From assembly GCA_021156105.1 (NCBI GenBank), contig JAJNBD010000007.1:52945-116944 (forward strand): DNA of 64,000 nucleotides, given 5' to 3'. Shown one piece after another: positions 21,753-32,328 of this stretch (the stretch's first letter is position 1; every line of letters begins with the position of its first letter). A program made the position numbers and the translations under genes. The notes beneath the pieces are model-generated. The model was not told the DNA's origin and ran no database searches. It saw only the letters and a list, made by a program, of their open reading frames with translations. The stretch is from Gammaproteobacteria bacterium. Lineage in GTDB: Bacteria > Pseudomonadota > Gammaproteobacteria > CAISUE01.

Positions 21753-21954
21753 TTGCAGGAATAAAATTGTTTCACGTTTACCCAATCGCTCTATGGAATA
21801 TTAATATCAGAGCCGCAAGTGTGAGATGAAGAAAACTGCTCTTAAAAAAAGCCAAACATGTAAATTTCAAAGAATAAAGCGGAAAAAAAGAATGTCACTT
21901 TAGTTTATCATGCCATATGGCATGATAAACGGTGACAGTGCTGACTTACTTATT

Positions 21955-22629
21955 TTACCAATCGATACTTGCCAAACCATCTAAACTTGCAGCGTCGCTA
22001 GTCGTATTTCTAAGCGCGCCTTGCGACATTAAATAATTTTCAATTCTCCAATGCCCTCGTTTGCTCGCCCAGTCAAGCGCCGTATTATGGTGGCGTGTTT
22101 CAGTATTTAATGAAGCCCCTTGTTCAACCAGATATTGCACAATATGGTAATGACCTAATACCGAAGCCAATACCAGAGGTGTACAATGGTGCCAATTGCT
22201 ATACCATGCGGTTGGGGCATTAAAAGAGAGCAATTGTAGCAATCCTTGGAGAATCTTAGAATGTGATAAATCAGGTAAGTAGCCTATCTGAGTATCTGGA
22301 TTAACACCTAACTCAATCCCAACGGCAACACCGGCAAAGTCCCCTTCGACCACATATTTTTGCAGTACATGCTCTTTATAACCGTTTTCAGAAAAGTTCT
22401 TGCTATAAAGACTAAGCACTTCAAAAACATATCGGGATTTTTGCTTGAGCAAGCCATCTTGCAGAGAAGCTAAAATCACTTTGATTGCTGCATTTTCCGA
22501 CTGGACTAAACGGATAAAGCTGGCTGACGTGGGTAAATTGCGATAGGCTAATAGCTGCTTGATTAAAGATTGGTTGTCAGCGCTAAGCTTTGCGTTTTCT
22601 AAAGCATCGAAGAAAATTTCTAGTGACAT
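21955..22629 (-). CDS. ankyrin-repeat protein (effector candidate)
   Basis: Two clear C-terminal ANK repeats (TPLVLASVLGHYHIVQYLVEQGASLN; NTALDWASKRGHWRIENYLMSQGA). Confidence 0.65.
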   Translation of the reverse strand: MSLEIFFDALENAKLSADNQSLIKQLLAYRNLPTSASFIRLVQSENAAIKVILASLQDGLLKQKSRYVFEVLSLYSKNFSENGYKEHVLQKYVVEGDFAGVAVGIELGVNPDTQIGYLPDLSHSKILQGLLQLLSFNAPTAWYSNWHHCTPLVLASVLGHYHIVQYLVEQGASLNTETRHHNTALDWASKRGHWRIENYLMSQGALRNTTSDAASLDGLASIDW

Positions 22630-22961
22630 ATATACCTCCTGATCTCTTGGGTTTCATCAAATGCACCCAATGTGCATTCTCCAAAGAGTAGCGAATTTTG
22701 CCGCTCGTTTAAGCCCATTTTGTAGAAGCCAATATGAAGTGTCAACGAGAACTATTCGCAACTCCCAGCAAACAACCACGCAATTTTTATTTATATTTTC
22801 AAAGATATAAGATATTAACCGCGAAGAGATAAGCCTAAAAAACTACTTACCAATGCGCCCAGCGTTGCCTGAAAAATACGACTAAACGACGTTTTAGCCT
22901 GAGTTAACAGGCCGAAAATAAGAATAGTTTATTCAAGCATGAGCTAATTTGATTGAAATAT

Positions 22962-22970
22962 GCTATAATT
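22962..22970 (+). promoter_or_regulatory. extended -10 promoter (TGcTATAAT) for rplY
   Basis: TGCTATAAT lies about 60 bp upstream of the rplY ATG. Confidence 0.4.
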
Positions 22971-23031
22971 TCGCGCTTATGTTTTCTGGTCGCGGAAAAC
23001 AACTATTAACTTTATGATTTAAGAGGCCTTT

Positions 23032-23697
23032 ATGTCCAAGAATGATTTTACAGTTACCGCTAAAAGTCGTAGCGAACAAGGTAAAGGTGCGAGCCGCCGC
23101 CTCCGACGTTTAGATAGCATGGTACCAGGCATTGTTTATGGTGGTGAAAACAAACCTGAAACCATCATGATTGCACACAACCATTTAACCAAACTGCTTG
23201 AGAACGAAGCTTTTTATTCTCACATTTTAACCCTTGAAATTGATGGCAAAAAACAACAAGTGGTATTAAAAGATTTACAACGTCACCCTTACCGTCCTAT
23301 CATCGTACACGTTGACTTCCAGCGTATTACTGGTAACGAAAAAATCACCATGCATGTTCCATTGCATTTCTCCGGTGAAGATGTTGCACCTGGCGTGAAA
23401 ATTGACAAAGGAATCGTGACACACTTAGTAACAGAAATTGAAGTACGCTGCTTACCAAAAGACCTTCCTGAGTTCATCGCAGTTGATTTATCCAACCTCA
23501 AACTCGGCGAAAGCGTGCATATTTCTGATCTTAAATTGCCTACAGGTATTGAAGCGACTGCGCTTCTTCACCGTAATGACATGGCAGTTGCGAACATCCA
23601 AGTTCCAAGAGCAGCATTGGCTGAAGAAACAACAGCAGCACCTGCAGCAGAAGTTCCTGTTGCACCAAAAGGTAAAGAAAAAGACGAAGCTAAATAA
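23032..23697 (+). CDS. rplY: 50S ribosomal protein L25 / general stress protein Ctc
   Basis: 221 aa. N-terminal L25 fold motifs and an Ala/Glu/Lys-rich C-terminal extension typical of Ctc-type L25. Confidence 0.85.
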   Translation: MSKNDFTVTAKSRSEQGKGASRRLRRLDSMVPGIVYGGENKPETIMIAHNHLTKLLENEAFYSHILTLEIDGKKQQVVLKDLQRHPYRPIIVHVDFQRITGNEKITMHVPLHFSGEDVAPGVKIDKGIVTHLVTEIEVRCLPKDLPEFIAVDLSNLKLGESVHISDLKLPTGIEATALLHRNDMAVANIQVPRAALAEETTAAPAAEVPVAPKGKEKDEAK

Positions 23698-23704
23698 GCT
23701 TGCA

Positions 23705-23745
23705 AGGTGGGCAAACCGCGTAAGCGTGCGCCCACCCCACTTCAA
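23705..23745 (+). terminator. hairpin after rplY
   Basis: GGTGGGC, 16-nt loop, GCCCACC. Same core as the 21596 element. Confidence 0.4.
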
Positions 23746-23756
23746 AATATTCACCT

Positions 23757-24338
23757 ATGTCCTCCATCCAGCTTATTGTCGGTCTCGGAAACCCTGGTTC
23801 TCAATATCAAAATACTCGGCACAATGCTGGCGCCTGGTTTGTTGAAGCGCTTGCAGAAAGCCACCATATCAAGTTAAGCAACGAAAAACGTTTTCGCGGA
23901 CGTTTCGCACAGCTCAACAGCGAGCATGGCAAAGTTGCTCTATTGGTACCTGAGACTTTTATGAATTTAAGTGGGGATGCCGTTGTAGCCGCAGCTAACT
24001 ATTACCATATAAAACCGCAAAATATTTTAGTTGTGCACGATGAATTAGATTTAGCTTGCGGCCGGGCTCAATTAAAACTAGGCGGCGGTCCTGCAGGCCA
24101 TAATGGCTTGAGAGATATTATTCAGAAATTAGGCACGAAAGATTTTTGGCGACTACGTATTGGTATCGCCAGGCCACCGGCACTTTTTCAGCAAAGTGTC
24201 GCTGATTATGTTTTAAGCAAACCATCAGCACAAGACTTAAGCGCTATTGAAGCAAGTATTGAAAAAAGTTTAAGCGTTTGCGAACTTCTCTTTTCAGGCC
24301 AGCTTGATAAAGCCATGCAAAAACTGCATAGCGCATAG
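23757..24338 (+). CDS. pth: peptidyl-tRNA hydrolase
   Basis: Motifs LIVGLGNPG, TRHNAG, HNG. 193 aa. Confidence 0.9.
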   Translation: MSSIQLIVGLGNPGSQYQNTRHNAGAWFVEALAESHHIKLSNEKRFRGRFAQLNSEHGKVALLVPETFMNLSGDAVVAAANYYHIKPQNILVVHDELDLACGRAQLKLGGGPAGHNGLRDIIQKLGTKDFWRLRIGIARPPALFQQSVADYVLSKPSAQDLSAIEASIEKSLSVCELLFSGQLDKAMQKLHSA

Positions 24339-24370
24339 ACTGTAAAGCATTATGTGAAAACAGCAAAATA

Positions 24371-24405
24371 TTCAGCGTAATCTGCCGCTGAACCTTCATT
24401 CAAAT
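24371..24405 (+). terminator. hairpin after pth
   Basis: TTCAGCG / CGCTGAA stem. Weak T-run. Confidence 0.35.
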
Positions 24406-24463
24406 TATACAGTTTTAGTACAAATTTATTGTATAATGTCAGATACTAAACAAGGCTAAGCTT

Positions 24464-25255
24464 ATGACATTAACGCCCATTATGATCATGAAAATTGTTT
24501 TCCTTCCGTTATGGCTGCTCATGGTCGCTGGCTTTGTTATCTTTGCCTTTTTGTTTCGGAAACAATTAGCCTGTCGTAAAGTGGATCCCACCTACCCACC
24601 TTTTAACAGAATTTTTAAAGATGCTTGCATTTCTTTCATTTCGCCATTGTTTTTTTATCCTAGTAGCATCTTTTTTGCTTACTGCGTTGTCATGCATAAA
24701 GGTTTTGTATATACCGATATCCACCAATACGGTATTCCTTATTTTATTTTTAGCCTTCTTCTAGCAATTGTTTTCCATGATTTCTATTATTACTGGATGC
24801 ATCGAGCAATACACACACGCTGGTTATTTCGCAAGATCCATCGTATTCACCACTATAGCCATAATCCAACCGCGCTAACTTTTCTGACCTTGCACCCTAT
24901 TGAGACTATGTTAACTTCCCTCTCAATTCCGATGTGCATTTTTTTATTTCCGATCAATGTAAATGCACTAATTATTTTATACATGCTGATTCTTATACAT
25001 GCTGCTTATGCCCATAATGGTTATGAGTGGTTCACAAGCAAACTTTCAAAACAATGGTTTAATAATGCAGTGGCGCATTATTTTCACCACAAACATGCCA
25101 AAGTTAATTACTCCTATTATTTCTTATTTTGGGACCGTTTATTTGGTACTTTAGACAAAAAATACGAGGAAACTTTTGATAAAGTTTCTGATAGAATCCA
25201 AGGCAAAAATCAAGCTCCAACCGAGGCAACTGTATGCAACCCAGTCTCCAATTAA
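24464..25255 (+). CDS. fatty-acid hydroxylase superfamily (sterol desaturase-like) membrane di-iron enzyme
   Basis: Three His boxes (HDFYYYWMHRAIH, HRIHHYSH, HYFHHKH). 4 TM segments. Confidence 0.7.
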   Translation: MTLTPIMIMKIVFLPLWLLMVAGFVIFAFLFRKQLACRKVDPTYPPFNRIFKDACISFISPLFFYPSSIFFAYCVVMHKGFVYTDIHQYGIPYFIFSLLLAIVFHDFYYYWMHRAIHTRWLFRKIHRIHHYSHNPTALTFLTLHPIETMLTSLSIPMCIFLFPINVNALIILYMLILIHAAYAHNGYEWFTSKLSKQWFNNAVAHYFHHKHAKVNYSYYFLFWDRLFGTLDKKYEETFDKVSDRIQGKNQAPTEATVCNPVSN

Positions 25256-25563
25256 CACCCGCAGCACTCAAACAACTTGAAAAGCTTTGCGAGCAGCAAA
25301 ATGGCAATGGTTTATTCATTACGATTAAAACGACTGGCTGCTCTGGTTATTCTTATGATTTAAGCATCATTAAAGAACCCGCCAAAGATGATCTTGTTTT
25401 CGAGCAAGAAAATCATCACTTTGTTGCAATTAACCCCAAAAATCTGCCTTTTATTAATGGCAGTACACTGGATTATGTTCGTGAAGGTTTAAATGCACGC
25501 TTTAAATTTTTAAACCCAAATGAAAAAGGCACCTGCGGGTGTGGCGAAAGTTTTACCATTTAA
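25234..25563 (+). CDS. HesB/IscA/ErpA-family iron-sulfur cluster insertion protein
   Basis: 109 aa. C-terminal CGCGESF motif, and Cys in TTGCSG. Confidence 0.8.
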   Translation: MQPSLQLTPAALKQLEKLCEQQNGNGLFITIKTTGCSGYSYDLSIIKEPAKDDLVFEQENHHFVAINPKNLPFINGSTLDYVREGLNARFKFLNPNEKGTCGCGESFTI

Positions 25564-25579
25564 CTTCTTGAAACTCTAC

Positions 25580-26452
25580 ATGACACCGACTACGAAAAAA
25601 TTATTACACTACACTGGCAAAGCTATTAGCGATTTTGCAATGATTGAAAAAGGCGATCGCGTAATGCTGTGTTTATCCGGCGGTAAAGACTCTTATTCTT
25701 TATTAACCATCCTGAATCTTTTACGCAAGCGCTCTGGCAACAAATTTGAACTATTTGCTTTTACGCTTGATCAAGCCCAGCCTGGCTGGGACGATAGCGC
25801 TATGCGCGCCTGGATGGCAGAGCAGAAAATTCCTCATGAAATTTTGCGCGAAGATACTTATTCCATCGTGAAAGAAAAAATTCCTGAAGGCAAAACTTAT
25901 TGCTCACTATGCTCAAGGTTACGTCGTGGGATTATTTATCGTTATGCCGAAACGCATGGATTTAATAAAATCGCTTTAGGCCATCACCGTGACGATTTAA
26001 TTCGGACTTTATTAATGTCAATTCTTTACGGTGGAAGAATGAGCGCTATGCCACCCAAACTCTTAAGCGATAACAAAAAACATATTGTCGTTCGCCCCTT
26101 TGTTTACGTCCAAGAAAAAGACATTATTAAATTTGCCCAAGAGCAACAATTCCCGATCATCCCCTGCTCGCTTTGCGGTTCACAAGAGAATTTAGCTCGC
26201 GTGCGAGTACGGAAACTCATTGATGATCTTGCGAAAGAAAATCCTAAAATTCCAAGCAATATGTTACATGCCTTAACCAATATCCAGCCTAGTCAGTTAA
26301 TGGATAAAAGTTTATGGGATTTTAAAGGATTGCGCACAAACGCAGAAGATTTTTCCAACTCAATAGATTTTGAATTAGAACCAGAAGAATTACCTGACAT
26401 GCCAGCTATTGCAATTAAGTCTGGTTGCCATAGTGAAGCAGACTTGTTTTAA
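25580..26452 (+). CDS. ttcA: tRNA 2-thiocytidine(32) synthetase TtcA
   Basis: PP-loop [16 protein letters not shown], and C-terminal CSLC. Start moved to an internal ATG matching the E. coli N-terminus (recalled from memory). Confidence 0.8.
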   Translation: MTPTTKKLLHYTGKAISDFAMIEKGDRVMLCLSGGKDSYSLLTILNLLRKRSGNKFELFAFTLDQAQPGWDDSAMRAWMAEQKIPHEILREDTYSIVKEKIPEGKTYCSLCSRLRRGIIYRYAETHGFNKIALGHHRDDLIRTLLMSILYGGRMSAMPPKLLSDNKKHIVVRPFVYVQEKDIIKFAQEQQFPIIPCSLCGSQENLARVRVRKLIDDLAKENPKIPSNMLHALTNIQPSQLMDKSLWDFKGLRTNAEDFSNSIDFELEPEELPDMPAIAIKSGCHSEADLF

Positions 26453-26466
26453 TGAATAATATACAA

Positions 26467-26495
26467 GGCGGACGCAAACACTGTCCGCCTTACCT
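26467..26495 (+). terminator. hairpin after ttcA
   Basis: GGCGGAC, loop, GTCCGCC. Confidence 0.35.
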
Positions 26496-26518
26496 AACGA
26501 CCACAATAAGGAATAAGT

Positions 26519-27430
26519 ATGTTACGGAAACTTATCTTTTGCCCACTTGCTATTATCCTTGAACTATTAATGGTTTTTTTGCTGCCTTTTCCTGTACTCA
26601 TTTTAAATGGGCTTAGTAGAATTATGCCCTCAGAGAAGCTTTGCAAGGCATGCTTGAATGCCTCTGAAGCATCTGCAAGATTTTGGGCAACTGCAAATCA
26701 TTTTATCTTAGTGCAGTTATTAGGCGTAAAGGTTCATATCAAAGGTCTAGGCAATATCATGCCTGGAAAAAATTATTTTGTTATCGCTAATCATCAATCC
26801 TGGATTGATATTTTAATGTTGGAAGAAGCTTTGCTCGGCCACTCCGGCTTCTCACGCTATTTTATTAAGAAAAATTTGCTGCATGTTCCACTTGCGGGCT
26901 GGACCTGCCGCGCACTTAATTTTCCTTATATGTATCGCTTTACTAAAGAACATTTAGCCAAACATCCAGAAGACAAAGGGAAAGATGTGGAAATTACTAA
27001 ACGAGCCTGCCAGCAACTACGTGGCATTTATTTTAAATTAAATAATTTCCCTGAAGGTACTCGTTTGACAGCCGAGAAACATAAACGCCAGCAAAGCCCT
27101 TTTCAAAATTTGCTCAAGCCAAAAAGTGGTGGTATCTCTTATGCTTTACAAATTCTGCATGATCAATTAGACAGTATCATTGACATGACAATTTATTACC
27201 ATCAGCCAGCACCCAATATCGTGCAACTTTTTCTTGGCAAAGTTCAAGAAGTGACGATTGTTTTACACAAATTACCTCTTTCATCTGACTTAATTGGCGA
27301 CTATCAAAACGATCCAAACTTTCGAGCATACTTTCATCAGTATATGAATACGCTATGGACAAGAAAAGATCAATTATTAACTCAACTGAAGCGTCAGAAT
27401 AGTCTGAGCATGCGTATTGGTAAAAAATAA
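26519..27430 (+). CDS. lysophospholipid acyltransferase (PlsC family)
   Basis: NHQSWIDIL (HX4D) and FPEGTR motifs. N-terminal TM helix. Confidence 0.7.
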   Translation: MLRKLIFCPLAIILELLMVFLLPFPVLILNGLSRIMPSEKLCKACLNASEASARFWATANHFILVQLLGVKVHIKGLGNIMPGKNYFVIANHQSWIDILMLEEALLGHSGFSRYFIKKNLLHVPLAGWTCRALNFPYMYRFTKEHLAKHPEDKGKDVEITKRACQQLRGIYFKLNNFPEGTRLTAEKHKRQQSPFQNLLKPKSGGISYALQILHDQLDSIIDMTIYYHQPAPNIVQLFLGKVQEVTIVLHKLPLSSDLIGDYQNDPNFRAYFHQYMNTLWTRKDQLLTQLKRQNSLSMRIGKK

Positions 27431-27440
27431 TGTTTGATTG

Positions 27441-27470
27441 GCAGAAGCAGTTAATACTGCTTCTGTAAAA
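27441..27470 (+). terminator. hairpin after acyltransferase gene
   Basis: GCAGAAGCAG / CTGCTTCTG stem. Confidence 0.4.
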
Positions 27471-27564
27471 TCATTCACTAGTGCTCTCTCTTGTAGAATT
27501 GTTATTTACCTCTCTCCAAATTTCCGCTATTCTTACCCTTTAGGATTATGATTAAGGATTCTGC

Positions 27565-29151
27565 ATGCTTTCCCGCCGTTTTTCACCATTACACATGCTG
27601 TTTTTAAGCATTAATGGCATCATTGGCTCAGCTTGGCTATTCGCACCGCTTTATTCTGCTAAGATTGCTGGCTCAGCTGTTTTACTTTCTTGGCTAATTG
27701 GCGGCGCAGCAACAGTGCTCATTGCTTTCACATTTGCAGAGCTCTCTTCTCTTCTGCCTACCGCTGGCGGCACAACACGCTTCGCAGAATTAACTCACGG
27801 CGCAACAACAGGCTTTATCATTAGCTGGGCATCGTGGCTATCCTGTGTCACCATGCCGCCTATTGAAGTACAAGCGGTATTGCAATATATCTCCACTTAT
27901 ATACCTAGTTTAGTGATTACTTCTGATAATCACATGCCAGTATTAAGTGGCTTTGGCTTAATGTGGGCTGTCATTTTAATGCTAGGTTTGACTTTCTTAA
28001 ATATTGCCAGCTTCAAAGGCTTTATTCGCGCAAACTTTTTAATTTTTAGCTTCAAAGTTCTCGTCATTATTCTAACGATTGCGATGCTCATCACCACCAA
28101 ATTTCATCCACAGAATTTTACTTTCTCTGCTAGCAGTGCAAGTAGTTTAAACTGGCAAGCCATTTTAAGCGCTGTCGCAACTGGCGGAATTGCATTTGCT
28201 TTTACGGGCTTTAAGCACGGCGTGGAACTTGCGGGAGAAATGACCAAGCCTAAACTTTCCATTCCACTTGCCATCGTTGGTTCTGTCATCATTTGTTTAA
28301 TATTATATGTTGGCTTGCAAATTGCTTTTATTGGCGCGCTTGAACCTTCCGAACTTACTCATGGCTGGGCTAATTTACACTTTAGCGGCGATGTCGGTCC
28401 GTTTGTTGGTATAGCCGCTAGCTTAGGTATTTTTTGGTTAGTGAAATTATTATTAGTTGATGCCGCGGTATCTCCGCTAGGCGCTGGCTTAATTTATGTC
28501 ACGTCAACCGCACGCATTATTTATGCCATGAGCCGCAATCATTATTTAAGCCCTTTTTTCTCGGAACTCAGCGAACAAAAAATGCCATTATTTGCCATCT
28601 GGTTTAATTTTGCGGTGGGTATCTTATTGTTTTTACCATTACCTGGCTGGCAAAATATGGTCAGTTTTTTAGTATCTGCGGTCGTTATTTCTTATGCAAT
28701 GGGCCCTATTGCAACGGTCGCACTTCGCAAACAATTACCCAACATCAAGCGTAGCTTCCGTTTGCCCTTTAATACGCTTTTATGCTTCGTCGCATTTTAT
28801 TGTTGCAACCTCATTAGCTACTGGACTGGCTGGGATACTTTATGGAAGCTTGCTATTGCCTTAATTGTTGGCAGTTTTCTATTTATTACGAATTCACGTT
28901 TCCGTTTAAGTAATCCAACAGTTGGCTTTAAAAGCCTTTGGTGGTTAATCCCCTACCTCGCTGGCTTAGTCATTTTAAGTTATTTAGGCGAATATGGCGG
29001 CGGCCATCACATTATTACTTTTGGCTGGGATTTTTTAATCATTGCCATTTTTAGTTTAATTATTTTTTCAATTGCAATTCAGACAAGATTACCAAGCCAT
29101 ATTGTAGAAAAAGAGTTTGCACAGCTACAGCTGGAAACCAACGCTGAGTAA
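27565..29151 (+). CDS. APC-family amino-acid permease
   Basis: 12 predicted TM helices. Gly-rich motifs typical of the APC superfamily. Confidence 0.7.
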   Translation: MLSRRFSPLHMLFLSINGIIGSAWLFAPLYSAKIAGSAVLLSWLIGGAATVLIAFTFAELSSLLPTAGGTTRFAELTHGATTGFIISWASWLSCVTMPPIEVQAVLQYISTYIPSLVITSDNHMPVLSGFGLMWAVILMLGLTFLNIASFKGFIRANFLIFSFKVLVIILTIAMLITTKFHPQNFTFSASSASSLNWQAILSAVATGGIAFAFTGFKHGVELAGEMTKPKLSIPLAIVGSVIICLILYVGLQIAFIGALEPSELTHGWANLHFSGDVGPFVGIAASLGIFWLVKLLLVDAAVSPLGAGLIYVTSTARIIYAMSRNHYLSPFFSELSEQKMPLFAIWFNFAVGILLFLPLPGWQNMVSFLVSAVVISYAMGPIATVALRKQLPNIKRSFRLPFNTLLCFVAFYCCNLISYWTGWDTLWKLAIALIVGSFLFITNSRFRLSNPTVGFKSLWWLIPYLAGLVILSYLGEYGGGHHIITFGWDFLIIAIFSLIIFSIAIQTRLPSHIVEKEFAQLQLETNAE

Positions 29152-29171
29152 CTTTCAAAACCTCATGTAAA

Positions 29172-29200
29172 CCGTGTGAGAATTTCCAAAACTCACACGG
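29172..29200. terminator. bidirectional hairpin between permease and trmB
   Basis: CCGTGTGAG, 11-nt loop, CTCACACGG. Confidence 0.5.
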
Positions 29201-29210
29201 CACGCAAGTT

Positions 29211-29903
29211 TTACTTTCTTATATAAACCAAATCCCAAACGCCATGACCAAGTTTTAAGCCACGACGCTCAAACTTAGTAACAGGTCGGCTTTCAGGGCG
29301 TGGCACGAAAGTTTTATCCTTAGAAGTATTATCAAATTTTTGAGAAGCCTCAATAACTTCTAACATCTGCTGTGCATAATTTTCCCAATCCGTTGCACAA
29401 TGCAAATAGCCACCAGCACGAATTTTTTCAGCTAACGTATTCACAAAAGGCAACTGAATTAAACGGCGTTTATGATGACGTTTTTTATGCCAGGGATCTG
29501 GAAAAAAGATTTGCACCCCTTGTAAGCTTTGTGAGGGAATTTTTTCTAAACTTAATACAGCATCGCCGTTAATTACACGGATATTGGTTAAACCCTCCTC
29601 TTGCACACCAGCCAACAAAGCACCGACACCTGGCTCATGCACTTCAATACCTAAAAAATTCGTTTGTGGATTTTGCTTGGCTTGTTCAAGCAGCGAATGC
29701 CCCATACCAAAGCCAATTTCTAAAACAACTGGATAAGTATTACCAAAAATTGCAGGAAAATCGAAAAATTCCTCAGTAAGTGATAATAAAAATTTAGGGC
29801 CAAGTGCTTCAAGGGCACGCGTTTGTCGTTGCGTTGTGCGACCTTGACGGCGCACAAAGCTGCGGATGGTTCGATAATGGCCCGGTGGAGTTTCGTTTTG
29901 CAT
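29211..29903 (-). CDS. trmB: tRNA (guanine46-N7)-methyltransferase
   Basis: LEIGFGMG, NFLGIEVH. 230 aa. Confidence 0.85.
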   Translation of the reverse strand: MQNETPPGHYRTIRSFVRRQGRTTQRQTRALEALGPKFLLSLTEEFFDFPAIFGNTYPVVLEIGFGMGHSLLEQAKQNPQTNFLGIEVHEPGVGALLAGVQEEGLTNIRVINGDAVLSLEKIPSQSLQGVQIFFPDPWHKKRHHKRRLIQLPFVNTLAEKIRAGGYLHCATDWENYAQQMLEVIEASQKFDNTSKDKTFVPRPESRPVTKFERRGLKLGHGVWDLVYIRK

Positions 29904-30332
29904 AAATTTCTCGTGGTTTTTTTAAAACTGGCTATTTGTTATTAACCAAATGATATAATCTCAACTTCAATCGTGCAAGCTAGGATTTTATTATAATTAA
30001 AAATATATTTAAATATTTCAGTAAAATAGATGATCAAGAACTTACTTTCATGCGAGAAAAGTTTCAATTAGCTTATCCTTATTCTTATCTGGCCATCCAA
30101 GGTTTTTTGCATCCAAACCTTTATAAAAGAATTCCCAAGTAAAGAGGATCCTGAATATAAGGGATTTTGTAAAGAAGATGGTGGAAAATATGGCACAAAA
30201 AAGCACACTAGATGTAGTCTTAAAAAAGGCATGCTTAGGGTGTTACAGTGTCCGCTACTAGTAACGCTGAAACTTTTAATCCCTCGATAATGGCGCTTGG
30301 ATTCCGTCTTGCGCACTCTTTTTAATGATCAT

Positions 30333-30962
30333 TTAACACTGTGTTCTGATCTCTCCTTGCAATTGAATGCCTGAGGCTTTTTGTTCAAAGCACATATTGA
30401 CTAAACTATTCTGGCTATTTATAGCCCCTATACCTTGAATGCTATTAACATTAACTTGGGATGCTACTAGATATAACTGCGGGGTTCCTGCATTCGCTAT
30501 AGTTTTTAATTTTCCTGTAGTTTTTTTATCTTCCTGCATTGTGTTATTTACCCATTCTAAGGTAATAAGCTTTGCTTGGATTTTTGCCGTATTTCCGTTA
30601 CCGCTATTACTATTATCGACCTTTATTGTTGCACCATTTTCTACCACGATATTTTGCGCGGAAATATTTCCTTGCACAATTAGGGTCGTGTTTGGATGGA
30701 GTAAAATCTCTCCTAAAACTGTTAAAGAGCCTGCGTTAACTGTATAAGTTTTACCCTCCGCAATAGCTAAAGAATTTAAGCTCGTATCACCTGAAGATGC
30801 TACGTTCTGAGCAATTGTATTTGCCGCAGGAATTCCATCATTTGATTGACTATCTACTGGCCCAAAGTATCCCGAGCCAATATTTAAAACCGTATCCTGA
30901 GCAAACCCACTTAAAGGTAATAACAAACCTGCTAACAATAACAATTTGCGATATTGGCTCAT
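30333..30962 (-). CDS. secreted hypothetical protein (beta-helix-like, Asn/Gly/Ser-rich)
   Basis: Signal peptide. Repetitive N/G/S/T-rich beta sequence. Confidence 0.4.
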   Translation of the reverse strand: MSQYRKLLLLAGLLLPLSGFAQDTVLNIGSGYFGPVDSQSNDGIPAANTIAQNVASSGDTSLNSLAIAEGKTYTVNAGSLTVLGEILLHPNTTLIVQGNISAQNIVVENGATIKVDNSNSGNGNTAKIQAKLITLEWVNNTMQEDKKTTGKLKTIANAGTPQLYLVASQVNVNSIQGIGAINSQNSLVNMCFEQKASGIQLQGEIRTQC

Positions 30963-31048
30963 AAAATTCCTCTAATAATCCCTCTTCCGTTTTCGCTTAA
31001 AACTTAATGACCAAAGCCTTGGTTATATAATCCAAAGCATACATTAAG

Positions 31049-31987
31049 TTAAATGAAATATCTACTACTAATTTCTTCAAGCTCTTTAAATGTTTCACAA
31101 AGATTCACCGCATCCTGAAATTCTTTTTGCCACGCTAATCTTCTTGCATAATATTTTGCAAAACGTCTTGCCTGCATTAAAGAAACTGTCTCATTACCCA
31201 TCAAAGCAATCAAGCCTTGCACATGATCTAAAAACATTTGTTTACGCTCATTTAACATAGGCGATAAAAACTCTGTACCCGCGAGTTTTGCGCTAAGCTC
31301 TGCAATTAACCACGGCTGCCCTACCCCAGCGCGGCCAATCATTACGCCCGCACAACCTGTTTTTAACATGCGCTGCAGAGAAGCAAAATCCGCAACATCC
31401 CCATTACCAATCACAGGAATATTTAAGTGTTCAACAAAAAATTGAATATGCTGATAATGACAAGGCGTCTCGTAGTGCTCAGTCCAATGACGGCCATGAA
31501 CCGTAAGAGAATCAATACCTGCATCTTGAATCGCCTGTACAAGCGTCTGATGAAACCGATCAGGACCATGACCTTCAACGCGAATTTTAATCGATACTGG
31601 CAAATGCGTACTTTGCTTCATTGCCCGCATTAACTGAAATAACCTTTGTGGATCCATTAGCAAACTTGAACCTGCTCCTTTGCTACGGATTTTTTTTACC
31701 GGGCAGCCGCAGTTTAGATTGATCAAATCAGCGCCATAATCTGTTGCACGTTTTGTCGCTTCTGCAAGCTCTTGAGGATCATTACCCGATAATTGAAAAC
31801 AAACAGGCCCTTCACTTGGATCTTTTGCAACATAACGATGATTAAGCGCAGCAGAACCTTCGTTTAAAGTCTTACAAGAAATCATTTCTGTATAACAATA
31901 TGCTGGCTGACTATAGCGCCAGATTAAAGCACGAAACGGTGCGCAACTAATGCCGGCAAGTGGGCCTTGGATCAATATCATAAACAA
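31049..31987 (-). CDS. tRNA-dihydrouridine synthase (DusC/DusB-like)
   Basis: TIM-barrel Dus motifs (LNCGCPVKK, MIGRAGVGQPW). 312 aa. Confidence 0.85.
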   Translation of the reverse strand: MFMILIQGPLAGISCAPFRALIWRYSQPAYCYTEMISCKTLNEGSAALNHRYVAKDPSEGPVCFQLSGNDPQELAEATKRATDYGADLINLNCGCPVKKIRSKGAGSSLLMDPQRLFQLMRAMKQSTHLPVSIKIRVEGHGPDRFHQTLVQAIQDAGIDSLTVHGRHWTEHYETPCHYQHIQFFVEHLNIPVIGNGDVADFASLQRMLKTGCAGVMIGRAGVGQPWLIAELSAKLAGTEFLSPMLNERKQMFLDHVQGLIALMGNETVSLMQARRFAKYYARRLAWQKEFQDAVNLCETFKELEEISSRYFI

Positions 31988-32286
31988 GCCATATTAATTA
32001 TATTCGACTCTATCACTAAGTAATTCTGCCTCAAAACACGCGCCCGCTTAACTCGAATAATTTTGTCGCGACCTAAGAGCTTTTCTACTTTTATACAAGC
32101 AAAACTAAAAGTCCAACAAATTTTTTTAAAGAAATTGATCATGCCTCAGCTTCGTCTTTAAGTTTGATCCATAAATCTTACCATAGGCAAAGCCCCTGAT
32201 TACATTTATTTTATCGCTGTAGCGATACCTATTCACTCTAAAATTTACCTCTAGCACTAGGGGGAGCTTGACGCCCCATAAAAAAC

Positions 32287-32310
32287 ACTGTACTATGTAA
32301 CTAATACAGT
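32287..32310 (+). promoter_or_regulatory. candidate operator palindrome for the YtrA-like GntR regulator
   Basis: ACTGTACTA-N6-TAATACAGT, about 20 bp upstream of the ABC ATPase start. Confidence 0.35.
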
Positions 32311-32328
32311 AAAGCAGCGGGGTTGGTT

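Noticed and set aside
21616-21829. Two short ORFs (62 and 60 aa) over the palindromic element
   Set aside because: They are created by the inverted-repeat structure. There is no RBS and the translations are repetitive.
30068-30316. 82-aa minus-strand ORF in the trmB upstream gap
   Set aside because: Poor codon usage and no motif. Kept only as a note under the non-coding-gap finding.
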